Of a DNA stretch of 39,731 bases, positions 13,366 through 24,265 are shown in pieces (position 1 is the first letter of the stretch; each line of letters opens with the position of its first letter). The stretch spans positions 5,236,470 to 5,276,200 of the forward strand of contig NC_069000.1 of the NCBI RefSeq assembly GCF_001194135.2, given 5' to 3'. The notes under the pieces were generated by a model that worked only from the letters and a program-made list of their open reading frames with translations, was not told the origin of the DNA and searched no databases. This stretch comes from Octopus bimaculoides. Its lineage: Eukaryota. Position numbers and translations under genes: made by a program.

Positions 13366-13939
13366 CAACAAGACCGACTATTTTACAAATTCGCTCGATA
13401 AAATTTCATCTAAGACAGCCTTGTTACGTTTCATTGAATTCAATGCCGCTTTTCAATGAAGAAAAATCTTTACTCTCTCCGCGAACTACAATCAAGCATT
13501 TCTTAGAACGTTCTGGTATTACTGCAACTCAACCAACGTTAGCAATTAGTATCATATTATTTATTTGCTATTGTATCACTCAGTTTCAAGCGTATAGTTA
13601 ATATTTTTCGCAGTGTATTTCGTCACAAGATCTCGAAGAAGTTTAATCACCTGAAAACGTACGTGTTACGATTTGGTAACGAAAGTAATGAAATTTCTTG
13701 AACTATTCATCAAATAAATACATATTATTGGTAAGAATAAAGAAGTATCAATAATATTTGAAGTAAATTTTGTGTATTATATTAATCGAGAAATTTCCTG
13801 TAAGGCGGACCTGACGATTTTATATTATTTACGTGAACATAAAATTTGATTCAAATGTTCCTGTCTGTCTGTTTGTCTGTCTGTCTTTCACTTTCTATCA
13901 TATGCACACACAGACAAACACTCACGCATGCACGTGCAT

Positions 13940-13950
13940 ACGCACGCACA

Positions 13951-14009
<59 letters not shown>

Positions 14010-14457
14010 NNNNNNNNNNNNNNNNNNNNNNNNNNNNNNNNNNNNNNNNNNNNNNNNNNNNNNNNNNNNNNNNNNNNNNNNNNNNNNNNNNNNNNNNNNN
14101 NNNNNNNNNNNNNNNNNNNNNNNNNNNNNNNNNNNNNNNNNNNNNNNNNNNNNNNNNNNNNNNNNNNNNNNNNNNNNNNNNNNNNNNNNNNNNNNNNNNN
14201 NNNNNNNNNNNNNNNNNNNNNNNNNNNNNNNNNNNNNNNNNNNNNNNNNNNNNNNNNNNNNNNNNNNNNNNNNNNNNNNNNNNNNNNNNNNNNNNNNNNN
14301 NNNNNNNNNNNNNNNNNNNNNNNNNNNNNNNNNNNNNNNNNNNNNNNNNNNNNNNNNNNNNNNNNNNNNNNNNNNNNNNNNNNNNNNNNNNNNNNNNNNN
14401 NNNNNNNNNNNNNNNNNNNNNNNNNNNNNNNNNTATATATATATATATATATATATA
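13940..14457. repeat. (CA)n ... gap ... (TA)n
   Basis: Direct reading. Confidence 0.9.
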
Positions 14458-14570
14458 TTCTTTTACTCGTTCTTGTCATTGACAGTGGCCATGCTGGACT
14501 ACCGCCTTTAGTCGAGCAAATCGAGCCCAGGACTTATTCTTTGTAAGCCTCGTACTTATTCTATCGGTCA
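14455..14570 (-). mobile_element. SINE family B, 3' fragment
   Basis: GACAGTGGCCATGCTGGACTACCGCCTTTAGTCGAGCAAATCGAGCCCAGGACTTATTCTTTGTAAGC is nearly identical to 26135-26200. Confidence 0.85.
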
Positions 14571-15241
14571 CAGACAGAGTCCCGTCTTTCTAACGCTTCT
14601 CTACATCTACTATATTGCTTCGTATCAGTCTTTACGAACCAGTTTGAGGGACAACTTGCTGCTACTTTCAGCCATTTGAACTTCAATTTATTGGCTAGAT
14701 ATTTGCACAGTGTGTGCATAATAACGAATGCTAGTGTATATACTATAATAATCTAAACGCAACATTAATTTTACTTTTCAAAATGAAGATCACACTAAAT
14801 GCAATATATATTACTATATTATATAAGAGATTATCTGCTAGATTTACAACATTGTTCCTGCTTAGAATCAAATTCTCTGACATCATCTTCCATTGTAACC
14901 ATTTCTAAGACCTTTGACCACGACATGATATCATAAATTCACCTGTCAAGACAGCTTTTAAGCGTGTTCAACTTCGACCTCGCTTACGTTGGCTCAATAA
15001 CAGACATTGGCTGCTTATGACAGTAAAAAGCCACTCCTAACGTGGAAATTTTGTAACAGACGTCCGTAGGGCATGTTATTATGTGTTATCATATACGTTA
15101 GCGTATATTTATCGTATGACATGGTATTGTCTCTCTATCGTTGGATGTTATAATGGGTAGTAAATACACTGTGCATTGTGCACTGCTTTGTTGCTCTATT
15201 GTCTATCAATAAATCACTATATCACCTTTGGCTGGTTTTAC

Positions 15242-15245
<4 letters not shown>

Positions 15246-15309
<64 letters not shown>

Positions 15310-15350
15310 GAGATAGATAGATAGATGGATACATAGATACCTACATACAT
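15246..15350. repeat. (TA)n followed by (GATA)n
   Basis: Direct reading. Confidence 0.92.
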
Positions 15351-15621
15351 ACATATATATGCCTATATATATACATACACACACACCTGCGTGTGAGTTT
15401 GTTTATATATGTGTATATATATGTAATGCTTGTATGTATACGTGTGTCTGAGCATGTGTGTATGTGTGTATATATATTTACTACTGTTAATATTATCAAT
15501 TAAAAATATTCACCATAGATGGTATTAACGGTAGTAATTTCACTTTGGACATGCTAGAAACAACAGGTAAATGACGGGATATCTTGGAAAACTTCCTTTT
15601 AAGCTTATGCAGAAGATCGAG

Positions 15622-15624
<3 letters not shown>

Positions 15625-15686
<62 letters not shown>

Positions 15687-15705
15687 GTAATTGTTATTAT
15701 TATTC
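15625..15705. repeat. (TTA)n
   Basis: Direct reading. Confidence 0.93.
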
Positions 15706-15709
15706 GGGG

Positions 15710-15938
15710 GTGTGTGTGTGTTTGTGTTTGTTCCGCCTCAATCAGTCGACAGACGATGTTAGGTTTAAAATGTCCCGCAATTTAGCAGTTCGGCAAACGT
15801 GGTGATAAAATAAGTACCTGACTTATCCAAAGGAAGAAAAAGAGCATAAATACTGAAGCGCATTTGTTTGAGTAAAAACCTTACTAGGCGGTGCCCCAGC
15901 ATGGCCGCATTGTCCTGACTGAAACAAGTAAAAGATAA
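15710..15938 (+). mobile_element. SINE family B, diverged 3' half
   Basis: TGTGTTTGTTCC...GCAGTTCGGCAAA...AATAAGTACC...AGGCGGTGCCCCAGCATGGCCGCA...GACTGAAACAAGTAAAAGATAA. Confidence 0.75.
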
Positions 15939-17019
15939 CAAACCTATGCTGACATTATGCTCCAAAGTGACTTCATTTTTTATTTCAGGCCCCATTGTCA
16001 CATGAAGAAAGTTCGTGTGTTCTTGGCGTTGTGTTTGTGGATTTAGCAATTGAGTGGTGTTGTGTGGGGCGTTAAAGAATTATTTCATTGTCTAATGTAT
16101 GTAGCGTGCCAACATGTTGGAAATGTGACCATATTTAGCCACTGAAATGTTAAATTGCCTTCATTAATGGGAAAACTATCTGTAAGTGTAGAAAAGAATC
16201 GATTATTGTTGTTTTGTATTGTGTTGTGTTATGTTTGTTTTGTTGCTTGCGAATGTCAGCAAAGTGAAAATTGGAAAATGTTTAATTAACAGAAAGCATG
16301 TAATGGATTTCATTAGAAAATAATTGCAAACAACAAAGAAAAACAACACCTAACAAACCGTTCCTACAGAGAAGTTAATGAGAAAATAGAATAGATCCAA
16401 AGAAAGACAAATATAAAACACAATATTAAGTAAATGAAATAAGGCACAATAAATAGTTAATAGTAATAACAGTAAATAAATGGAAGATAGAAACGAAAGG
16501 CAATATATTATAAATAGCCACCATGATGTGTGAGATTTTGCAGGAATGAGTTCGTTTTTACCTGATCATACACATACTTCATTGTAGCAAATAATAAATC
16601 GTTTTATAATGATTCCGTGTTCGCTTATTGAACAGAGTAGAAGGGGCAAGGCCTACATGTGATGTCTCTTGCATCCAGAGATTCCGGCTGACGGGTGGGA
16701 AAAAGGCTGGAGTTTGGTCCATTGATTGTATCCTCGTGTGAAAGTTTACAAAAGATATGACTCCATTTATGGCACACGCACGGATGAAAGGGTTGAGTTA
16801 AAATGTTAAGTGTACCATTGGATTGGATCGGATTGCTACGTTCAGTCAACTGCAGGACAAAGGGCTCAAGGTGTTTTTCTTCACCCAATCACGATTTGAT
16901 CTGGAGGCCCTGAATTTGAGTTTGAGATCATTCTGAGGATGAACCTATTTTGTAACTCTAGCTCGTCGTGACTTGGCAGAGGAGTGCCTGTTTCTTTATA
17001 CGCATACCCAGGAGTAGTT

Positions 17020-17112
17020 GAGTCGATAGCATCGTCTACATTTGTCTATTTTATAAACCCCGAAACAATGAAAGGCAAAGTTGGCCTTGGCGGAATTTGA
17101 ACTCAAAGCGTA
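17020..17112 (-). mobile_element. SINE family A fragment
   Basis: ACCCCGAAACAATGAAAGGCAAAGTTGGCCTTGGCGGAATTTGAACTCAAAGCGTAA. Confidence 0.75.
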
Positions 17113-17124
17113 ATATAATAATTA

Positions 17125-17126
17125 TA

Positions 17127-17187
<61 letters not shown>

Positions 17188-17505
17188 CATTATTATTATT
17201 ATCATTCAGTAGTCTTATTTTCATCACGTGCTTTCACTTCACTACCGAGTACAGCTCTCTGTGCTTTGGGTATGTGCTGTGGTTTGCTGTGATGCTCTTA
17301 TTTTTACTGTATTGAAAGTGATTTGCGTAGGATGTGTGCGGGCCCAGTAGTGCTATCTTCTGTATGCTGTATATATTTGTTAGTCCTGGTGTTTTTTGCT
17401 ATGTCTTCACCTGAATATTTTTTTATCATACATAATGCACCCACTATGAGAGGAACTGTTTCTGTTATTTTTTGTTATCGTTATTACCATTATTATTATT
17501 ATTAC

Positions 17506-17584
<79 letters not shown>

Positions 17585-17635
17585 TATTATTATTATTTAT
17601 TATTATTATCATTATTACTATTATTATTATTTACT
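17125..17635. repeat. Two (TTA)n tracts (17125-17205 and 17470-17635)
   Basis: Direct reading. Confidence 0.93.
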
Positions 17636-18794
17636 GTGGTTGTTGATGTTGTTAGTAGTATTTGGCAGCAACAAATATTTCAAACGATAGAGAACTGTAA
17701 AGAAAATAAATAAAATTCTGGATTATTCTCCACCTGGTTTCCTAAATAGGAAAAACACATAAATTGAATCAAAGTTAGCTCGCTCTAGACTTTGTGTATT
17801 TATTTATTTACTTACTTATTCATTTATTCACTCTTAAGTCATATATATGTCGTCAAAAAATGTACTCACGGTTTCGAAATTTCTTTGTTCAAATATTAAA
17901 CTCTGTTCAAATATTAAATTGGGGAAAACGTTCGCTAAATTGGTCTTTATTCTTGATATCGTGTATGAAATAGACACGAGTACGTAAGAATAGGTGCACA
18001 GAATCTAGCGCTGTTTTATGTTCAATCCACTGTTTTTCGTTTTGATTACAGCAATTGTTGCTATTAATACATATTAATACATTGGGACAGTTTATAAAAG
18101 TTATAAATAAATATGATGAAATTTACGCCGTAATGTGCTTAAATACTATAATTTATTCTGTATTTAAATGCACACTCACGAAGGCCTTATAATTCTGATG
18201 GAATTAACTAATTTGACAGTTGTGTCCATTATAGTAATGTATATATTTTGAAGGACAAGTAGCATGAAATTCTGGTTTACAATTAATTCATTATTGATAA
18301 TTTATTGTTTATTACGTCATATAATAGCTAATAAAGCGCTACCAAATACATTACACAGTCTGAGTATAAATTCAAGCAGTCCTTACACGCACTGACTAAT
18401 ATTTTAAGATATCCACGTCTATGATTTCAAGATAAAATTTTTATATTTTTAAAAATTAATTTTACATGGAATACATGTCAATAGCTATAAATAATGAATA
18501 TTATTTTGCATACATTTTCATGTGTAACAGATTGCAACAGCGGAAAATGCATATTGTAGCTTTCCCTCAAATCTCCATGCTACGCTTTGCTGAATTATGG
18601 GGTACCATTGGTCACATATTGTATCCAACCACTCATCATAACCTGAAACTGTGATGTGACTTGTCGCTTGTATGATTCGAGAGCGTTACATAAGGATTTT
18701 TAGTGATGTTGCTCGAATTTTTTCGAGTTAGATCCTCCGTACAGCGTTTTCTTTTCTTATCATCCCGGATGAAGGGAAAGCACGTGTTGGTTGG

Positions 18795-18960
18795 TCACCT
18801 GCCACATGTCCATGGCGGTAGAGGAAGTATTTCATCGAGGCGAGGACTGACCGAGACACTGCTCAGATGATTGCCAAATATCATATAAATGATGGACGCC
18901 GATATACACTGCCATAGCGCGTGCTCCCATGTCTCACCTGGCTTCATTTGTCTAGAGTCA
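18795..18960 (-). mobile_element. Possible second Tx1/L1-type LINE 3' fragment (zinc-finger region)
   Basis: The minus strand reads QMKPGETWEHALWQCISASIIYMIFGNHLSSVSVSPRLDEILPLPP. This parallels ETVLHAFVQC...LLSHVGQIRLSAESIMVISPQP of the 32.6 kb element (ET..HA..QC, L-S-x-V). It sits in a locally GC-richer island. The CxxC half is not visible. Confidence 0.4.
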
Positions 18961-19690
18961 ATTTATGTTTAACGTTAAGCTTGGTAACTGATGATGCCAC
19001 AGGTTAATAAATGTATACTAACACATTATCAAAGATGGCGAATGATCAAGCGTTTTCCCATGAATCCCTCTGATCTTCTCAATATTGCTGCTATTTCCTT
19101 CCACGCCTAATGCCTTTATGATTACTTCCATTAACATTAAAGTCAGCTGGAGGATATCAGTATTTGTACAATCGTATGTCGTAAGTTTAAACAAAGCAAG
19201 AATTTATTAATAAATCGTGGTTATTATTAAGCTATTCACATTAATATAATGAGAAAATGCTCAAAATACAATAAAAATGCTTTCGAAATTTCTTAGCTAT
19301 TGGATCAGTAAATTTCATATTGATGGAAAACATGATAATTACAGTTTCTATAACATCAACTTTAAAATACGAGCACAAAATAGCAATTTCACAAAGCTAC
19401 CTTCTTTAACGAAACAGAACACAAATTAGTGACGATGTAGCCAATATATTTTTCCTCGGGAAAAGAATAAAAAATGGAACTATAATTAGTGGTATGTGCA
19501 GTTACTTTCTCATTTAGATGCATTTATATATAACGCATAACTTTCAGCTCTATTAGTAGCTGATATGCGACTACAAAGAATATGAAGAACCCTAAGAAAA
19601 ATGCTACTTCTCCAACCAAATTGAGTAGTAAACAGTTCTACGTGATATTCCACCGGATAACGGATAATGTTTTCGAAACGTCTTTGTGGT

Positions 19691-19820
19691 TACAGTCGTG
19701 GCCAAAAGTTTGGAGCACAGGTCTGAAAATTTAAATTTTTATATTAAAAGCCCGCATCTATATTGGAGATAACGATTTTAACTTTAAAAATAATGTTCCC
19801 AACTTTTGGCCATAGCCACA
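19691..19820. mobile_element. Tc1-type MITE (~130 bp)
   Basis: TA-CAGTCGTGGCCAAAAGTTTGGAGC on the left. Its core at 19699-19716 is inverted at 19795-19812 (GTTCCCAACTTTTGGCCA), 16/18 matches. CAGT..TGGCCAAAA is a Tc1-like terminus. Confidence 0.65.
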
Positions 19821-19860
19821 TGTTAGACAGTACAATGAATAACGAACTGATATTCTATCA

Positions 19861-20160
19861 GTGAAAGTGCTGACCAAACAGTTAGAGTATCCTGCTCTCT
19901 AACTTAAAGTAATGGCTTCGATTCTCAGCGGCGCGTTCTGCCATTGACCGAAAACATTTCATTTCATGTTGCTCCAGTTCACTCAGCTGGCAAAATGAGT
20001 TGTACCTAAAATTCAAAGGGCCAGCCTGCTCGCATTTTGTGTCACGCTGAATCTCCAAGAAGATTACATTAAGGGTATGCGTGTCTGTAGATGTCCAGCC
20101 ATTTTCACGTTAATTTCACGAGCAGAGTATTCGTCATCGTAACCGTACGGAATGCCAGTT
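19861..20160 (+). mobile_element. tRNA-headed SINE, third family 'C'
   Basis: A degenerate tRNA-like head (..GTTAGAGTATCC...GCTTCGATTCTCAGCGGCGCGTT) is followed by TTTCATGTTGCTCCAGTTCACTCAGCTGGCAAAATGAGTTG...CACGTTAATTTCACGAGCAG...TCGTAACCGTACGGAATGCCAG. I recognise this as a recurrent cephalopod SINE body; only one copy is in this window. Confidence 0.65.
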
Positions 20161-21064
20161 AAAATGTGTTCGCGAGTTTTAAGATTAATGACGGTGTAAA
20201 AATGAAACGCTACAGCAGACATTTTGCATCTAGTGGTGAAGAAATTTTTACGTAATGTGGGAATGATTATTAGAAACTGTTTTCCAATTGCAACAGACGA
20301 AGTGTGAAACTGTTGTAACTTTAATAATTCTCTTTACACGTTTACGAAATTAGATAATCGAAATTTGATTATCATAAACTGAATTTGCTGTTCTATCCAT
20401 CTAGCGTTTTGCCATGCTGTTCAAGAATTATTCAAAAATAGTTCCCTATCTGTCGGGAATAAACAATAACAACAAAACTTACAACTGGTTCCGAGATCAG
20501 CGCTCTAAAGAACATCAGATACAGAAATATAAAAATTAATCAACAATGGAGCTGAACAAGTACAGGTGATTTCTCTTTCATCTAGAAAGTGTTTAGCTTT
20601 ATTATGTACACGTATGAAAATAATCCTTGGCCTCCAGAGAGAAGCATTGAACTTTCATTTTCAAATAATCGTTGCATAAATTGCGACTTGTATTACAGAC
20701 AGGGAGTTGCAGAGTAAGAACTAAGATGCTGTTAAGAATTTGTATCTAACATCTTACGGTTGAATGAATTTGGAAAAACCTGCTTTGTTTTCTAAAAAGT
20801 TATGGTGGATTACGTGCAACAGTCTAACCATTATGCGCATGGATTAGTGATCACCAGATGATCACCAGATATGTTCCTTCTACGCGACGTAAAAGACCGG
20901 TTATAAGATGCTAAGGTAAGATTTGTACTCTGACCGTGTGTTGAAGACCTAGAGGGCATCAACAACGAGTTCCCTAACAGACACATGAGTTGTAACATTG
21001 TCACGTGAGTGTTGCAAAGGTGTCATCCGTAGGTGCAGTGGCGCATTTTACAGGGCATGGCCCT

Positions 21065-21065
21065 A

Positions 21066-21119
<54 letters not shown>

Positions 21120-21160
21120 CACTACTACTACTAATACTACTACTAATACTACTTCTACTA
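21065..21160. repeat. (ACT)n
   Basis: Direct reading. Confidence 0.93.
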
Positions 21161-21583
21161 CACAAGTACATTACATGAAGAATTTGATTTTGCATTGTGG
21201 CTTGAAACCGGTTACCAGAATATATATTCATAAATTACATGGTGTGTCTTGTAGATATTCCATGTTACATAGATTGTTACTTTATGAACCTTAGAAATAG
21301 CTAGGCTCGACTTACTTCCGTTAATTTTAATATACAACTCGAAAAATAAAACATCTCCTGTTAACAATTTACTCCTAATAAACCGAGGCTGAAGTATTAC
21401 TTAAGTAGCTCTACAAATGAAAAAGAATCTTCGTGAAGCGGTACGAGAAAGTGTTGATACATTAAGATTTTATATTTTTAAAAGTAAGAATAGAAATCAA
21501 TATTAAATTATGTAGTAAGTACATTTGAAGAGACTTCCAGGCAATCTCGATATATAAAAACGTGCGTACGAATAGGAGTATGT

Positions 21584-21584
<1 letters not shown>

Positions 21585-21668
<84 letters not shown>
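21585..21668. repeat. (CATA)n followed by (TA)n
   Basis: Direct reading. Confidence 0.93.
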
Positions 21669-21670
<2 letters not shown>

Positions 21671-22494
21671 GCACTAAACTGTGTGATTTTTAAGAAGGTT
21701 TCTTTCTTCCAGCAGATTAATCCACCAACACTTGCAGTGCCCCTCTTTGGTATTCTGGCAGACATAATTCTTACGCACGGTGTAAATCACTAACATTTTA
21801 CAACCTGTTAGTAAACTCACTTTCCAAAATACTATTTGTAGTAATTCTATGCTGATCAAGGAAGGCCCACCTTCCCACACTTCGGCAATTTAGTGGTAAG
21901 GTTTGACTTAATGTGATAGAATTTCCTGCTGCAGTCACCTTTGCAGTTAAACGCGTGTTAAAGTTGAATAACTGTAGACCATAAATAACAAGCGAAACTG
22001 TCATGCTGTCCACAAGGTTACAAAATTCTAAATTCAATCTTTGATTTCACACATTTCGAAATTGGCAAACGATAAAAGTCAGGTGTAATGTAATCATCGG
22101 CAACGTTTGTGGTAAAATTGTTAACTGATGTTGAAGACTATAAATCTTAAGGAACAATTAGATTTTAACCGGGCCTACTCCCAGAAAATTTACAGTTCAC
22201 CCAACATTATTGTGCAAATGGTTTATCGTGTAAAAGTAAGATTGTTTTAGGAGTGCAAAGTTTCTATAAACAGTTGCTTCGTGATTTAGGTTTTCTTTCG
22301 ATTGCGGTATACACCATTTGTCTTTTGTGCGTGTGAGTATCTTAAGCATTCAATGGACTGCGACCATACTGCACAATCTCCTTTGTTATTTTGTCCTCAA
22401 AATATATTTACATATACGCCTATGTATCTATTTATCTAACTGTCTGTCTTTCTGTCTACATAGTATGCACATCTATCTAACATACAGATCTGCA

Positions 22495-22721
22495 CATACA
22501 TATATGCATACATACATACATACATACATACATACATACATACATACATACATACATACATACATACAAACAAAAATATCCTGTTGTCGATGGTTTGAAA
22601 TTTCAACGAAGGAGACTTGGAACAAGCTTAGAAATCGGTTCTTTCTCTGTTGGCTAGAAATCTTGAAATAAACTGAATAACGATATACATACATACATAC
22701 ATACATACATACATACATACA

Positions 22722-22755
<34 letters not shown>

Positions 22756-22770
22756 CATAGATACATACAA
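22495..22770. repeat. Two (CATA)n tracts separated by a ~115-bp unique spacer
   Basis: Tracts at ~22495-22568 and ~22686-22770. Confidence 0.9.
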
Positions 22771-23144
22771 ATATACACAGATGCAAATGTGATCAGATGA
22801 CTCAGTCAACTGCATCAACATAAATAATATAACATGTACTGATGATATAGATTTATTGGCAGGCAACGGTAGCGAAATTACATGGAATTGTTGGTGTTGT
22901 AAAAGAGGAAAGTGACATGAATGAAATATGAAGAGAGGGGTAGAACAAGTAACAAACGAGGTGTTTACGAGAAATCATAAATTAGGAACGTTGCTGTGTA
23001 GAAGTGAATCATAGAATACGTATGGCTAAAACACAGATGACATAATTCTGCACCTAAAACGGAGACCAGTATAGTGTCATTGTTTGCTAATTGTCTTCGA
23101 TGTGAAAGGAACATGGAAAGTATACACAGCAATTGAGAAGAAAA

Positions 23145-23352
23145 TACGAGGGGGTGCTAAAAATTTCCTGACTTTGGGTAAAAGAAAATATAGGAGGATC
23201 AGTTAATTATGAAATTATTCAACATAATCTACTCTCGAGTTTACATTATTATCGCAGCGGTCCTTCAGTTTTTGTAAGCCTTGTAAAAAGAACTCCAGCC
23301 AAGACTTTCGTGATACCCTTAAAGCCATGAATATTTCAGCACCTATTCGCTT
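23145..23352. mobile_element. Mariner-type MITE (~205 bp)
   Basis: The left end TA-CGAGGGGGTGCTAAAAATTTCCTGACTTT is an imperfect inverted repeat of the right end AAAGCCATGAATATTTCAGCACCTATTCG (21/29 matches by my count). TA-CGAGGG is a mariner-like terminus. The interior is non-coding. Confidence 0.7.
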
Positions 23353-24088
23353 AACTGTGCAGGAGCGAGCTAAGATAGCAGTACGCTATGAGGTGTGGAA
23401 TTTAATTGTTTCGATTCAAAGTTTTTGGCGTGCATGGAAAGGTAAGCATGCAACACTACGTCCGGAGACAATAAAAAGTTGTCATGCAAAGTTGTGAACG
23501 ATGCAAGAAGTGGCCGTCCAACCACATACTAGTCAGCGAAAAACCTGGCAACAGTGCAGGGAATATTTAATTGCAGCACGCAAAAATAAACATGTCAAGT
23601 AGCTCATGAAAGTGGACTAACAAGACACACAATACGTACGGTGTGTCACAAAGAATTGAATTTTCGTCCGTCGAAACCCTAATGTGCAGGAGCTAAAATG
23701 TGAAAACTGGGATTGCAGAAGTGCAGAAGTCCAGAACTCCAAGAAGTCCAGATTTCACTCCATGTAATTTTTACCTGTGGAGTTACACACAAAAAACAGG
23801 TGTACAAAACAAAACCGTGCACACTGGAGGATTTAGAGACACGGATTCAGGAAGCTCTCAATGATATCCAAGACGAAGTCGTTCAGATGGTTGTTCATTG
23901 CATTACTGGCCGTTTGAAGAAACTGGTTGACGCGACGGGTGCTTACATTAAAATACGAAGATCTACTTTCATTTTCCCATGTAATAAAAAACGTATATAA
24001 TTTGTTCATTTGTTTTAATATATTCGTGAAATGAATATGGATTTTATTACCAATTTTTAATGCCTACTTACTTTTCACCCACCCTGTA
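23352..24088 (+). mobile_element. Tc1/mariner-superfamily DNA transposon, internally deleted (DUF4817-like HTH, C-terminal PRSPD motif, right TIR)
   Basis: N-terminal part: LTVQERAKIAVRYEVWNLIVSIQSFWRAWKGKHATLRPETIKSCHAKL / NDARSGRP / ESGLTRHTIRTVCHKELNFRP. C-terminal part: PRSPDFTPCNFYLWSY / KQVYKTKPCTLEDLETRIQEALNDI...RLKKLVDATGAYI, the WPxRSPDLxPxDFFLWG block. Most of the DDD/E core is missing. It ends in ...CTTTTCACCCACCCTG-TA, i.e. a TA-CAGGGTG terminus on the reverse complement. Confidence 0.88.
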
Positions 24089-24218
24089 TATATNNNNNNN
24101 NNNNNNNNNNNNNNNNNNNNNNNNNNNNNNNNNNNNNNNNNNNNNNNNNNNNNNNNNNNNNNNNNNNNNNNNNNNNNNNNNNNNNNNNNNNNNNNNNNNN
24201 NNNNNNNNNNNNNNNNNN

Positions 24219-24265
<47 letters not shown>

